Below are positions 40,315 through 50,957 of a DNA stretch of 64,000 bases, piece after piece. The stretch is from Candidatus Poribacteria bacterium. Lineage in GTDB: Bacteria > Poribacteria > WGA-4E > WGA-3G. The notes under the pieces were generated by a model. The model searched no databases, was not told where the DNA came from, and was given only the letters and a program-made list of their open reading frames with translations. The number at the start of each line of letters is the position of its first letter. Position 1 is the first letter of the stretch. The position numbers and the translations under genes are program-made. Location of the stretch: contig OZ244048.1 in NCBI GenBank assembly GCA_965215265.1, positions 608,001 through 672,000 on the forward strand, read 5' to 3'.

Positions 40315-41100
40315 ATGCAACCATTTAAAACAAGGAACCACGCCATTTCTCCTTATTCGATAATCCTTCCTACCGTCTTTGTCCTTTGCTTAACGATGTC
40401 GTTCAACATCGCTATCGCCGCAAATTTGCAAGATGGACTGGTCAACTACTGGCCGCTCGATGGCGATGCCACCGATAACATCCGCAAAAATGACGGAGAA
40501 GTCGTCGGAAATCCGGCCTGGGTCAATGCACGCGTTGGAAAAGGGGCACAGTTTGACGGCAGCTCACAGAAAATCCAAATCCCCGATTACAAATTCATCA
40601 CAACCACGACTACTTACGCCGCTTGGATTAACGGGTGGAAAGCCTCTGATTGGGCCGGCATCGTCGGATCGCGCACACCTACCGCCACAGAACTAATCTT
40701 CGGAGACAACAACCTGCTTCACTACGTTTGGAATAATAACGCCGCTGAAACCTGGAGATGGGACGGCGGGCCCGAAATCCCATAGAACGAATGGGCACTC
40801 GCCGCCATGACAATTGAACCCAAGCAAGCTACCTTATACATCTACACAGATGCCGATGGACTGGAGAACGGAATCAACGACATTCCGCACGTGGAACAAG
40901 AAATTGGCCCTCTCAATATTGCATGGGTAGACTGTTGCGGCGGAAACCGCTTTTTCAAGGGCATTATTGACGAAGTGATGATATTCGACCGCGCACTCTC
41001 TGAAGACGAGATTCTACAACTCGCAACGCAGGGGCTCCCCGTTGAACCCACACATAAACTCACAACCACATGGGCGCAAATTAAACGCACAGGTTTTTAG
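40315..41100 (+). pseudogene. LamG-like jellyroll protein interrupted by in-frame TAG (40783-40785)
   Basis: GLVNYWPLDG...GPEIP*NEWALAAMT...FKGIIDEVMIFDRALS...PVEPTHKLTTTWAQIK; both halves are in the same frame. Confidence 0.8.
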
Positions 41101-41142
41101 CAATGAATAACTGTGCAGCTCTTTTTCGTCCACTCTGGCGGT

Positions 41143-41964
41143 TCATAGAAATAATTTAACTCGTGAACACTCATACGCCGGCAAACGACTGAAAACTTTT
41201 TGACGGATAAGCTCGGGCGTGTAACGGCGCGAAAAATGATTTAGCACGATATGCTCGCTCTCAAATTCCTCTAACATCGGAAGTAACATATCCAGATGCA
41301 AGTGCATCGTCTTTTTCGCACGCACACGATGCTCCGGCAGCACAAACGTACACTCACAAATCAGCACCTTGCACTTCCTAAACAACGGATGCGCATTAAT
41401 CGGAATGCCACGTGTATCTCCAAGGTAAGCCACTAACGGTAATTGAACCTCTGACGTAACTTCAACACCGCTCCGCCGCAGACCGGCAATTTCATGCCCC
41501 GGCAATTCATGGAATTCTGGCTTTAACTTCTTCCGAATTTCACAAATAAGATAAGACACAGATGGTACGCTGTGGTTGCCCGGCAATATGTGCGCAACCA
41601 AATTCCGACGAAACGGCATTGAGGCACCTGTATCAACCGGCGTGATATTATACCCCCAACGTCGACCTCGATCCAACGCCGAAATCCTATCCAGAATCTG
41701 TGTCAACTGTTTAAAACCCGCCGAAGGCACATAGATATTCCCCGGCGGCATGCCGGCAAGCCAACGTTGGCTAATATAGATAGGTAACCCAAAGTAGTGG
41801 TCCAAGTGAAAATGGGAAATAAAAACGTTGCCGATACCGATAAAATTCATCGGACATCTGCCTAAATCAAAAACCAGATCCAGCTCTTTCACCCGAATAT
41901 AGGTAGCTACAGCAGAACTCGATTTCCCCTCCAGCGTTAAATTTCCACAGTGCAACAGTGCCAT
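41143..41964 (-). CDS. Metallo-beta-lactamase fold hydrolase, RNase Z-like
   Basis: SHFHLDH, YLGDT, ICECTF, LNHFSRRY. Confidence 0.85.
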   Translation of the reverse strand: MALLHCGNLTLEGKSSSAVATYIRVKELDLVFDLGRCPMNFIGIGNVFISHFHLDHYFGLPIYISQRWLAGMPPGNIYVPSAGFKQLTQILDRISALDRGRRWGYNITPVDTGASMPFRRNLVAHILPGNHSVPSVSYLICEIRKKLKPEFHELPGHEIAGLRRSGVEVTSEVQLPLVAYLGDTRGIPINAHPLFRKCKVLICECTFVLPEHRVRAKKTMHLHLDMLLPMLEEFESEHIVLNHFSRRYTPELIRQKVFSRLPAYECSRVKLFL

Positions 41965-42259
41965 TTCTTGGTATCTCTTTCGTAGAAGTGCCCGCCCCGT
42001 AGAAAAACACTGTTTTGCTTGTAGCCCCTAAGAGCCGCTCCAACAGCCAATATATTCACGGGAATACCGTATAGATGCCCTACTGCATCACACCCGGGCA
42101 AAAAAATTGACTTTCCTTCAAAAATGTAGTATATTTAAACTCAAATACGAGACGACGGTGCAGACGCTGCGCCCGCTCGCACAGTACATCATCTAGCTTT
42201 ACGTTTTTAGGAATACAATGCACCCTAGTTCTTAACCACCTACATAGTATGGAGAATAC

Positions 42260-43123
42260 ATGTCTATCAAAATCGGAATTATCGGCGGCAGCGGTTTTTA
42301 CCAGATGGAAGGCCTAACGGATATCCAAGAAATTCAGACCGAGAACGCCTTCGGTAAACCCAGTGATGTGCTTATCCAAGGCACCCTTCACGGAAAACAG
42401 GTCGTCTTTTTACCACGACACGGTATAGGACACCGCCTGCTCGCATCCGAGATTAATACACACGCCAACATCTACGCCTTAAAATCTTTGGGGGTTGAAT
42501 GGCTCATCACTGTCAGTGCTGTCGGCAGTTTGAAACAAGACATTGCACCGCGCCATTTCGTTGTACCCGACCAGCTCTACGATCATACACAAAGGCGGAA
42601 CACTACCTTTTTCGGCGACGGCATTGCAGCACATATCAGCCTCGCACACCCTTTCTGCTCACATCTGAGCGAAACACTGTTCACCGCCGCGACTCAAGCC
42701 GGCGCAACCGTACATCAAGGCGGCACCTACCTCTGTATGGAGGGTCCTGCTTTCTCAACCCAAGCCGAATCGAACACATATCGACACCTCGGCTTTGATA
42801 TCATCGGAATGACTGCCGCCCCCGAAGCCAAACTCGCTCGCGAAGCCGAGATGTGCCACGCGCTTCTCGCTTGCTCCACCGATTATGACTGCTGGCACCC
42901 TGAACACGATGCTGTAACCACTGAGATAATCCTCGAAAACGTCAGAACCAACGTTGAAATCTCTAAGCAGATAGTCAAAAACGCCGTCGCAAACATCCCT
43001 GAGAGACCTCGAACGTGCAGCTGTGCGAGCGCACTTCAAAACGCCATCGCGACTAAACCGGAAAAGATACCACAAGGCGCACGCCACCGCTTAGAACTAC
43101 TGGTTGGTAAGTACCTGGCGTAA
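42260..43123 (+). CDS. mtnP: S-methyl-5'-thioadenosine phosphorylase
   Basis: IGIIGGSG, LPRHG, MEGPAFST.AES, GMT..PEAKLARE, TDYDCW. Confidence 0.95.
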   Translation: MSIKIGIIGGSGFYQMEGLTDIQEIQTENAFGKPSDVLIQGTLHGKQVVFLPRHGIGHRLLASEINTHANIYALKSLGVEWLITVSAVGSLKQDIAPRHFVVPDQLYDHTQRRNTTFFGDGIAAHISLAHPFCSHLSETLFTAATQAGATVHQGGTYLCMEGPAFSTQAESNTYRHLGFDIIGMTAAPEAKLAREAEMCHALLACSTDYDCWHPEHDAVTTEIILENVRTNVEISKQIVKNAVANIPERPRTCSCASALQNAIATKPEKIPQGARHRLELLVGKYLA

Positions 43124-44443
43124 CGTCTCAAAAATCCTATCCGCTTCCCTCTCCGTGAGAATTAGCGGCGGAGCAATGAAAATGATGTTCTCCGGTTCCT
43201 CCAAGGCATGGCCAATCTTGCCAACGATGACACCTTTCTCACGCAACAAGCCAACAATCCGGTTCGTTTGTGCCGTCTCAAGATGTGTACCATCCGCTTT
43301 TACCAATTCAACCGCAAGCATCAACCCTTTACCGCGCACATCCCCAACGATTGCCAAAGCTTGCAACGTCGCTAACTTCTCCATGAGGTAACTGCCTACC
43401 TGTGCTGCATTTTCACTCAGACGTTCCTCACGTAAGATTTTCAGGTTGGCTAAACCCGCAGCACACGCCACAGGGTGCCCCCCATACGTGCAAACCTGTG
43501 CAAATTCACGGTGTTCCTCGGAATCACCCAGGAACGCTTCAAATACACGGCTTGATGCAACACATGCACCCAACGGTAGATAGCCGCTTGTTAAGCCCTT
43601 TGCAAGCGTGATAATATCCGGTTCGACACCCCAATGCTCACACGCAAATAGCTTACCTGTCCGCCCGAAGCCCGTAATCACTTCATCTAGTATCAGCAGC
43701 ACTCCGTAGGCATCGCAGATCTCCCGCAGCTTCGGAAAATACTCATCCGGCGGTACAATCACGCCACCGCCACCTATAATCGGCTCCGCAATCACCGCAG
43801 CTACCGTCTCAGGACCCTCTAACTGAATGATACGCGCTATATTCTCTGCACACCCAATATTGCAAGACGAAGAGGCTAACCCCAACGGACAGCGGTAGCA
43901 ATACGGCGGATGGGCATGCACAAAGCCCGGTGCTAACGGTTCAAATGCCTTTCTTCTCTTTGACTGCCCAGTAGCAGACAGCGCGCCATACGTAAACCCG
44001 TGATATCCTCTATACCGACTAATTACCTTGTAGCGATTCTCACCTGGATACGCCTGTTTCGCATACTGACGCGCCATTTTTATCGCTGTTTCATTCGCCT
44101 CAGAACCACTATTGCAAAAATAGACATGGTTCAAATCACCCGGAAGACACTCTGACAACTCTGCCGCCAATAAAGCAGCCGGCACGTTAATTTGCGAGTG
44201 TGGATAATAAGGCAACTCCTGTATCTGCGCATACACAGCATCCGCTATCGCTTTTCTCCCATAGCCAACGTTGACGTTCCACAGTGCCGAATAGGCATCT
44301 AAATATTCACGTCCCGCTTCATCCACCACCGTTGTACCGTACGCCGATTTAAAAACTATCAATTCCGTTTCATCAAAGCGACGATGCTGAAAAAATGGAT
44401 GCCAAACATGTGCCTTATCAACTTCTCTATAATCTATTGCCAT
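43097..44443 (-). CDS. Class III PLP aminotransferase (omega-amino acid type)
   Basis: SGSEANETAIK, YHG, AEPIIGGGG, DEVITGFGRTG, AKGLTSGY. Confidence 0.93.
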   Translation of the reverse strand: MAIDYREVDKAHVWHPFFQHRRFDETELIVFKSAYGTTVVDEAGREYLDAYSALWNVNVGYGRKAIADAVYAQIQELPYYPHSQINVPAALLAAELSECLPGDLNHVYFCNSGSEANETAIKMARQYAKQAYPGENRYKVISRYRGYHGFTYGALSATGQSKRRKAFEPLAPGFVHAHPPYCYRCPLGLASSSCNIGCAENIARIIQLEGPETVAAVIAEPIIGGGGVIVPPDEYFPKLREICDAYGVLLILDEVITGFGRTGKLFACEHWGVEPDIITLAKGLTSGYLPLGACVASSRVFEAFLGDSEEHREFAQVCTYGGHPVACAAGLANLKILREERLSENAAQVGSYLMEKLATLQALAIVGDVRGKGLMLAVELVKADGTHLETAQTNRIVGLLREKGVIVGKIGHALEEPENIIFIAPPLILTEREADRIFETLRQVLTNQ

Positions 44444-44540
44444 TCCTACTATTTTCCCCTTTTTTCGTGCTCTCTACCGCGATACACACCCCTCAAACTC
44501 ATCCACGCAGCTTTCTGTAGATGCACCACGGTGAGATTCA

Positions 44541-46271
44541 TTACATCCGCTTTTCCAATGCAGATATACCCAACAAAGCGAGTCCATTTTTCAAAACTGT
44601 TTGAACGCACCGGGTCAGGACAAGCCTCGCTTGCGTCCGATCCGGCTGTGACACATCAAGCACCCGATGCTGGTTATAATACGGATGAAAAATCCCCGCC
44701 AATTCATGCAAATAGTGCGCAACCCGATGCACCGCACGTTCCTCCGCACTCTGCAACACAACCCCCGGATATTCCGCCAACTTTCGAATTAACTCTAGTT
44801 CCATCTCTGTCGATAACAATTCTAATGGAACCTTATCCACCGCCTGCAAAGCAATACCCTGCTCAGAAGCCTTCTCAAAAAGACTCCAGCATCGCGCAAA
44901 CGCGTATTGAATGTAAAACACAGGATTTTCGCTCGCTTCCGTAATCGCCAATTCCAGATTGAAATCCAAGGGTGTATTATTAGCACGCATCAGGAAGAAG
45001 TAACGCGCAACATCTACAGCAAAACGTTCCCCGATTGCAGCTGACAACTCGTCAATCAGCACGTCAAGCGTATAGAACTGCCCACGCCGTTTTGACATAT
45101 CCTGCGGATTCCCATCAGCATCCACAAGGTTAACCTGCTGAATAATAGAAATTTCCAGCCAGTCATCCGGTAAACCGAGCGCCTTCACAAAGTTTTCAAG
45201 ACGACTTACGTGCCCTTGATGATCCGGACCGAAGAAATCAATGACTTTCTCAAATCCTCTGTCAAATTTATCGCGATGATAGGCAGCATCCGGCACAAAG
45301 TACGTGTACTCACCATCCCGGCGGATAACAACACAATCCTTATCATCACCAAAATCCGTCATCCGAAACCACGTCGCGCTTTCAGCCTCGTAGAGATACT
45401 GCTTTTCACGAAACAACTTCATAATCTCTTCCGGTTTCCCACTCTCCCTAATCGCTTTCTCACTCGTCCACACATCAAACTTAACACCAAAACGTTCTAG
45501 CGATGTCTCCTGTTGAGCAAGGATATGCGAGATACCTTTATCGCGAAAGAGCACTACCCGTTCTGCTGAGCTGAGCTGCAGGTAAGTATCCTCTTCAGAA
45601 TCTACCAGACACTGAGCGAATTCACGCAGGTACTCACCTTGATATCCTTCTTTAGGAATTTCAGCATCATCATCACCCAACGCCTGTCTATAGCGCGCAT
45701 CTATCGATTCCCCCAGCCGTTCAACCTGTCCACCGGCATCATTGACATAATACTCACGCATCGCACGATAACCCACCGCGTTCAGCAAATTCACCAGCGT
45801 ATCCCCGACTGCCGCCGCTCGTCCACTCACAATGTTGAGAGGACCCGTCGGATTTGCGCTCACAAACTCAACCTGCACACGCTTGCCGGAGCCTTTGGCG
45901 CACGTTCCATACGCATCCGCAGCGACGAGTATCGTCCGAAGTGTATCATATAGCCAAACATGCGACAGATGGATGTTAATAAAACCCGGACCCGCAACCT
46001 CAATTCTGTCTATAAACGGATGCGCATCCTTATCAACCCGATTAATAACCTTTTCTGCAAGCTTCCGAGGCGGCAACTTTGCCTGCTTCGCTAAGCCTAA
46101 CGCAATCGGCGTCGCAAAATCTCCATGTTCCGATGTCTTTGTCGGAGAAAACGGGACAGCCGGCACTTCAGAAACCGAGAACTCCCCTTCAGCAATAGCG
46201 ACTTGGATCGCTTCCCGTAAAATATCCTCTATTTCCGTCTTCATCCCGGACATATCATACTTAATTGTCAT
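44541..46271 (-). CDS. argS: Arginine--tRNA ligase
   Basis: AGPGFIN, EFVSANPTGPL, EYYVNDAG, MSKRRG, NPVFYIQYA, C-terminal Met. Confidence 0.97.
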   Translation of the reverse strand: MTIKYDMSGMKTEIEDILREAIQVAIAEGEFSVSEVPAVPFSPTKTSEHGDFATPIALGLAKQAKLPPRKLAEKVINRVDKDAHPFIDRIEVAGPGFINIHLSHVWLYDTLRTILVAADAYGTCAKGSGKRVQVEFVSANPTGPLNIVSGRAAAVGDTLVNLLNAVGYRAMREYYVNDAGGQVERLGESIDARYRQALGDDDAEIPKEGYQGEYLREFAQCLVDSEEDTYLQLSSAERVVLFRDKGISHILAQQETSLERFGVKFDVWTSEKAIRESGKPEEIMKLFREKQYLYEAESATWFRMTDFGDDKDCVVIRRDGEYTYFVPDAAYHRDKFDRGFEKVIDFFGPDHQGHVSRLENFVKALGLPDDWLEISIIQQVNLVDADGNPQDMSKRRGQFYTLDVLIDELSAAIGERFAVDVARYFFLMRANNTPLDFNLELAITEASENPVFYIQYAFARCWSLFEKASEQGIALQAVDKVPLELLSTEMELELIRKLAEYPGVVLQSAEERAVHRVAHYLHELAGIFHPYYNQHRVLDVSQPDRTQARLVLTRCVQTVLKNGLALLGISALEKRM

Positions 46272-46483
46272 TCTCTCTATTTCACCAAATTCTAGGCTTT
46301 GTTTGATTGTTACTTTCCCTTCATTTTATACAAGTAAGAGCATTATACCATAATAACCGTATTTTTGACACTTTTTTTGTTTGCACTTTCAATACGTTTC
46401 ATGATATAATGATTTACAATATACTAATTTGGAGATTACCAAAAAGGAAACCCTGTTTTTTCGAGACATATAGGAGACCCTTT

Positions 46484-47239
46484 ATGAAAATTAGAGTTAT
46501 CATAGCAATGCTCACCTTACTACCTTTTATAACCATCAGCATCCCCTGTGCAGCTGAAATCACAGCAGATATGGTTGCCGCTGCATGGCTATTTGATGGC
46601 GATGCGAAAGATTTTTCCGGCAACGGGTTTGATGGAGAACTGGAAGGCGGTAATTTTGTCGCGGGGAAAATCGGCGATGCCATCGAGTTAAACGGCAAAA
46701 ACGAGTGGGTTGCTATCCCCAAAAGAATCGGCGAATTTGAAGAAATTACCTTCGCACACTGGGTCAAATCCACCGGAAGAGAAGCACAGTGGCGCGTTTT
46801 CTTTAACAACGACGGATGGAAACAAGGCGATATCCACTATCAGATGCACCCCAACAATAAAGTCGAGTTTTCCATTAACGGTAACACCGGCGGGGACGAT
46901 ACCTTCGCGAACTATATGCTGGCAGGTGATCAGATGGATAAGTGGGTACACATCGCAACTGCTTATAGCGCGAATGAACAGAAAATCCGATTTTACATTA
47001 ACGGAGAACTGGATATAGAAAACGACTGGGGCGGAAACCCCGGCGTTCTCGACCCAGCACAAATTGGCGACTGGAGAAACGAGCGACAATGGCAAGGCCT
47101 CATAGATGAATTCATTATCTTCAACACCGTACTAGACGAAGAAGATATCCAAACTGTCATGAACGAAGGCTTGGAACCAACCCTCGCAGTCGATCCAAAA
47201 CGGAAACTCGCTCTTACCTGGGGCAGCCTAAAAAAATAG
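46484..47239 (+). CDS. Secreted LamG-like jellyroll protein
   Basis: Signal peptide, AAWLFDG, WVHIA, GLIDEFIIFN, C-terminal AVDPKRKLALTWGSLK. Confidence 0.88.
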   Translation: MKIRVIIAMLTLLPFITISIPCAAEITADMVAAAWLFDGDAKDFSGNGFDGELEGGNFVAGKIGDAIELNGKNEWVAIPKRIGEFEEITFAHWVKSTGREAQWRVFFNNDGWKQGDIHYQMHPNNKVEFSINGNTGGDDTFANYMLAGDQMDKWVHIATAYSANEQKIRFYINGELDIENDWGGNPGVLDPAQIGDWRNERQWQGLIDEFIIFNTVLDEEDIQTVMNEGLEPTLAVDPKRKLALTWGSLKK

Positions 47240-47242
47240 GAG

Positions 47243-48082
47243 ATGTTTACAATGATTAAAAGTTACGTTCTAACCGGTATTACCCTCATCGCACTGAGCC
47301 TCGGTATGATAACCGGAAGCGATGCTAACCTTGATGAAAAAACAATCGCTGGCATGTGGACGTTTGAAGAAGGAAAAGGAAAAGTCGTCGAAGACCTCTC
47401 CGGAAATGGCACCGATGGCGAATTTGTCGGAGACCTCAAGTGGGCTGAAGGCAAATTTGGAGGCGGGTTAGAGTTTAACGGCGCAGACACATGGGTTAAA
47501 CTCGGAACCAAAGGCGAAGAAAAAACCTTAGCCGCTTTGGATTTCAAGGAATCTGAAGGATTCACCATTCATGCCTGGGTCTATGCAGCTGAAGCACCCA
47601 CCGGCAAATGTGTTATCTGGAAAGGACTCGGATGCTCATCCTGGTCCCAGTTCCTGCTTGGAACCGGCGCGCACGAAAACGCGGAAAATAGCACGAAGGC
47701 CGCCTTTCACATCCGGGCCGCCAACGGTGGCGCAAAACTTGAAGTCCTTGGTGAGGAAATCCTTGATAAAGAATGGGTACATCTCGTCGGTACATGGGAC
47801 GGCGCAAAACTTCACGTCTATGTCAACGGCAAACTACAGAACTCCGAAGAAGCAAAAGGACCGCCTTGGTCCTCACCAGAAGAGGTTTACATCGGAGCAG
47901 ACCCAGGCTGCGGGAAAAGATGCCAATGGGAAGGGATCATCGACGAAATCGTTATCTTCAATGTAGCACTCACTGATGATGAAGTTCAATCCCTCGGCGA
48001 CGGCATTGAAAGTGCGCTAGCGGTTGATGCAGCCGGGAAAATAACAACAACCTGGGGAAAGATCAAACGCACCCAATTTTAG
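47243..48082 (+). CDS. Secreted LamG-like jellyroll protein
   Basis: GMWTFEEG, WVHLVGTWDG, GIIDEIVIFN, C-terminal AVDAAGKITTTWGKIK. Confidence 0.88.
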   Translation: MFTMIKSYVLTGITLIALSLGMITGSDANLDEKTIAGMWTFEEGKGKVVEDLSGNGTDGEFVGDLKWAEGKFGGGLEFNGADTWVKLGTKGEEKTLAALDFKESEGFTIHAWVYAAEAPTGKCVIWKGLGCSSWSQFLLGTGAHENAENSTKAAFHIRAANGGAKLEVLGEEILDKEWVHLVGTWDGAKLHVYVNGKLQNSEEAKGPPWSSPEEVYIGADPGCGKRCQWEGIIDEIVIFNVALTDDEVQSLGDGIESALAVDAAGKITTTWGKIKRTQF

Positions 48083-48119
48083 ATGACAGAATCTTCAATA
48101 CTATAAGAGGGGTTATCCA

Positions 48120-48899
48120 ATGAATATCGTAAAAAGGCAGGCAGGCTTTACCCGGCAGTATCTCCTATTCATCTTCGTCTCTCTTACCCTTTTTGGATGG
48201 ACTTCCGTCAGCAATGGTGAGGTCCTCTACCTTGACGATTTTGATGACGGGAAAATTGACGGAAAATATGAATTCAAAAACCACGAAGGCGATTGGGTAG
48301 AAGAGGGAGGCGTTATCACACAAACCAAGGAATCTCCGGGGGATCACACCTACCTCGTTCTGGATGGCGGTTTTGACGAACCGCACACCGGCCTGGTCAT
48401 GATTCGCGTCGACGACTGGGGCGACGGAGATCTGGCACGCTGCGGACTCGGATTCCGACTCGACCCCGGTGATGCCTCCGGTTACGCATTCCTCATCCAT
48501 CATTTTCTCAATAACATGGAATTCCTTAACGACCATCTCGCATGGAAACAAAATGATACTGAACCACCCTTCGGTCAGGTAGAAATCGGAGAGTGGTACT
48601 GGATGAAAGCCGAAATCTCTGATGACGGATTTACAGGCAAAATCTGGGAAGACGGCAAACCCGAACCCAAAGAATGGTTATTGGAAAGCAAACTTGACTT
48701 TGGAAACGTCAGACCGGAAAGCGGCCAAGTTGGACTCAACGGCGGTTCAAGTAACGGTGCCCCGGCACTCACTGTGGTCTCTTTCGACAATTGGGCAATT
48801 TGTGATACACCCGACGATTGCACCCCTGATGTCATACTCCCCGTCCAACCCACAGGCAAGCTGTCAACAGTGTGGGCTGAAATCAAAACAAACTACTAA
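48120..48899 (+). CDS. Secreted acidic beta-sandwich protein (ConA-like?)
   Basis: Signal peptide, YLDDFDDG, SGQVGL..FDN, C-terminal PVQPTGKLSTVWAEIK. Confidence 0.7.
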   Translation: MNIVKRQAGFTRQYLLFIFVSLTLFGWTSVSNGEVLYLDDFDDGKIDGKYEFKNHEGDWVEEGGVITQTKESPGDHTYLVLDGGFDEPHTGLVMIRVDDWGDGDLARCGLGFRLDPGDASGYAFLIHHFLNNMEFLNDHLAWKQNDTEPPFGQVEIGEWYWMKAEISDDGFTGKIWEDGKPEPKEWLLESKLDFGNVRPESGQVGLNGGSSNGAPALTVVSFDNWAICDTPDDCTPDVILPVQPTGKLSTVWAEIKTNY

Positions 48900-49200
48900 C
48901 CAATTGTTGCTATAAGGCCTAAACACACGTCCTTATAGACTGCAACCCGCGAAGTTCACAGAGCATGAATGGCGGATAACACCCGCCATTCCATCAACTC
49001 ATGGGCAAATCTTATTCTTAATCTTAGGAACTATCATTTTTATTTTTGTTGCCTGATGCTTTTCCACGTTTTGCAGGTATTGCTCGTGTTCATTATGACT
49101 GTCGCATTTTTCATCATTCTTGTCGGCGACGCGTTCCTAATCCTCAAAAACGTTTTTAAACGCTAAAAGTCAAATTCTATTTAACCAAGGGAGATTTATT

Positions 49201-49989
49201 ATGAGAAAGAAAGTTAACTCTGTTTTACTAATTTTTGCTATCAGTCTAATCGCTACCAACCTCTCCGCCCAAATCGTCGAAGACGGTCTAATTGGCTATT
49301 GGAGTTTTGATGCGAACAATATCGCAGGCAAGATAGTTAAAGACGGAACAGGCAATCGTGACGGAACCATCAAAGGCAACCTCAAAAAAGTCACCGGAAA
49401 AATTGGGGATGCCCTAGAATTTGATGGAGACGAAGCCAACTTTGTCGAAATCGACGATCCGGAAGGCTTTGATTTCAACACAGACTTCACCTGGGCAGCT
49501 TGGATCAAAACCGATAATTCCGGGCCCTGTGTCATCTTCGCCAAAACGGGCGGGCCCGGCACTGATGATAAGGGACCGAAAACCTTGTGGATCCGCAACG
49601 GAGTCCTTAACGTCGACACAGGATGGGTAGGCAACGTAGAAGACAGTGAAAATATCGCAGATAACGATTGGCACTACATTGCTGTCGCAGGAATGCCTGA
49701 AGATAGCAAGGTGCAATTCTTCGTTGACGGAAAAGCCACCGCCGAAGCCACGCTCAACCTCGCTCAATTCCCCGAAGAAGATTTCGAGAATCACGTTTTT
49801 ATCGGATTGGACGGTAGAGCCGAGGGCGAATTCGGGGTATTCACCGGCATCATCGACGAATTTAGCATCTACGACCGGGTGCTTGAGGAAGCCGAAGTTA
49901 ACCAGAATTTTAAGTCTGAAATGGGGCTCGCCGTTGAACCTAACGGCAAACTTGCAGTCACTTGGGGTGCTATTAAATCAATACGATAG
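49201..49989 (+). CDS. Secreted LamG-like jellyroll protein
   Basis: GLIGYWSFD, WHYIA, FTGIIDEFSIYDRVL, C-terminal AVEPNGKLAVTWGAIK. Confidence 0.88.
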   Translation: MRKKVNSVLLIFAISLIATNLSAQIVEDGLIGYWSFDANNIAGKIVKDGTGNRDGTIKGNLKKVTGKIGDALEFDGDEANFVEIDDPEGFDFNTDFTWAAWIKTDNSGPCVIFAKTGGPGTDDKGPKTLWIRNGVLNVDTGWVGNVEDSENIADNDWHYIAVAGMPEDSKVQFFVDGKATAEATLNLAQFPEEDFENHVFIGLDGRAEGEFGVFTGIIDEFSIYDRVLEEAEVNQNFKSEMGLAVEPNGKLAVTWGAIKSIR

Positions 49990-50093
49990 ATTTAATACGT
50001 TAAATCGGGACTTGTCTGCGCGGACAACACCCGCCCAGACAAGTATTCCCGCTACCCTCTCCGATGGACTCAAATTACCCAAGGAGCTTTTGT

Positions 50094-50864
50094 ATGAAAA
50101 CCTTTAAATTTATAAACACAGTTCTCGCAGTACTTGCACTTGTCCTCTTCGCAACTATCCACACCGCCGATGCTAAGCGGGATAAGCAGTACATCGCCAA
50201 ACAGATTACCAATTTGAAGATAGACGGGAATCTCAACGAATGGAAACGTGCCGAAATTGTCGCCTTTGATGAACTGAAAGATGTCGGTGCCGGCACCCCT
50301 AAAGCAAGCGACTTCACGGGACAAGGCCGGGTCGCATGGAGTGCTAAAGAACCAACCCGCATTTACTTCGCCGTTGAAATCACCGACGATAAACTTCAAG
50401 ACATCCACCCCGATGATAACAAGTGGTGGGAAGATGATAGCGTCGAATTTATGTTTGATTTTGACAACGGCATGGTCCGAGAAAGCCTCGTCCAATGGAC
50501 TCTCGGCGCAAATGGAGAAGATTTATCCGCAGCTGCATCTGAAGAAAACACTGAATGGGTCCTCATTAAAAACGGCAATGACTACATCTACGAAGTCGCC
50601 ATAGATCCAACAAAGCCACGCGGTAACCCGCAGTTCGAGAACCCGGGCAAAGGAAAAGACTTTAAGGCTAAAGATGGACTGATTATCGGACTCAGCTTCC
50701 ACATGAACGACGCTGAAAACGGCGGACGCGAACACCAGATCGGATGGATACCCGGCGGCGCATGGGATGCACTCGCCTACGGAGACCTCATTTTCGATGA
50801 TGAAATCCTTCCTGTCGAACCATCAGGAAAACTCGCAGTCACTTGGGCAGCCATTAAGCGATAA
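50094..50864 (+). CDS. Secreted CBM9/DOMON-like sugar-binding protein
   Basis: KIDGNLNEW, IYFAVEITDD, WEDDSVE, YEVAI, C-terminal PVEPSGKLAVTWAAIK. Confidence 0.8.
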   Translation: MKTFKFINTVLAVLALVLFATIHTADAKRDKQYIAKQITNLKIDGNLNEWKRAEIVAFDELKDVGAGTPKASDFTGQGRVAWSAKEPTRIYFAVEITDDKLQDIHPDDNKWWEDDSVEFMFDFDNGMVRESLVQWTLGANGEDLSAAASEENTEWVLIKNGNDYIYEVAIDPTKPRGNPQFENPGKGKDFKAKDGLIIGLSFHMNDAENGGREHQIGWIPGGAWDALAYGDLIFDDEILPVEPSGKLAVTWAAIKR

Positions 50865-50957
50865 TGCTGTATTTTGTCTGTAAGGGCGAAAAGCCTCATC
50901 TATGCGGAACGTGTTGTAACTATCACGTCAGAGGCTTCTCGCCGGCACTATAAATTC

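Noticed and set aside
48969-49166. 65-aa hydrophobic ORF within the LamG cluster
   Set aside because: No RBS or recognisable motif; may be spurious in AT-rich intergenic DNA.
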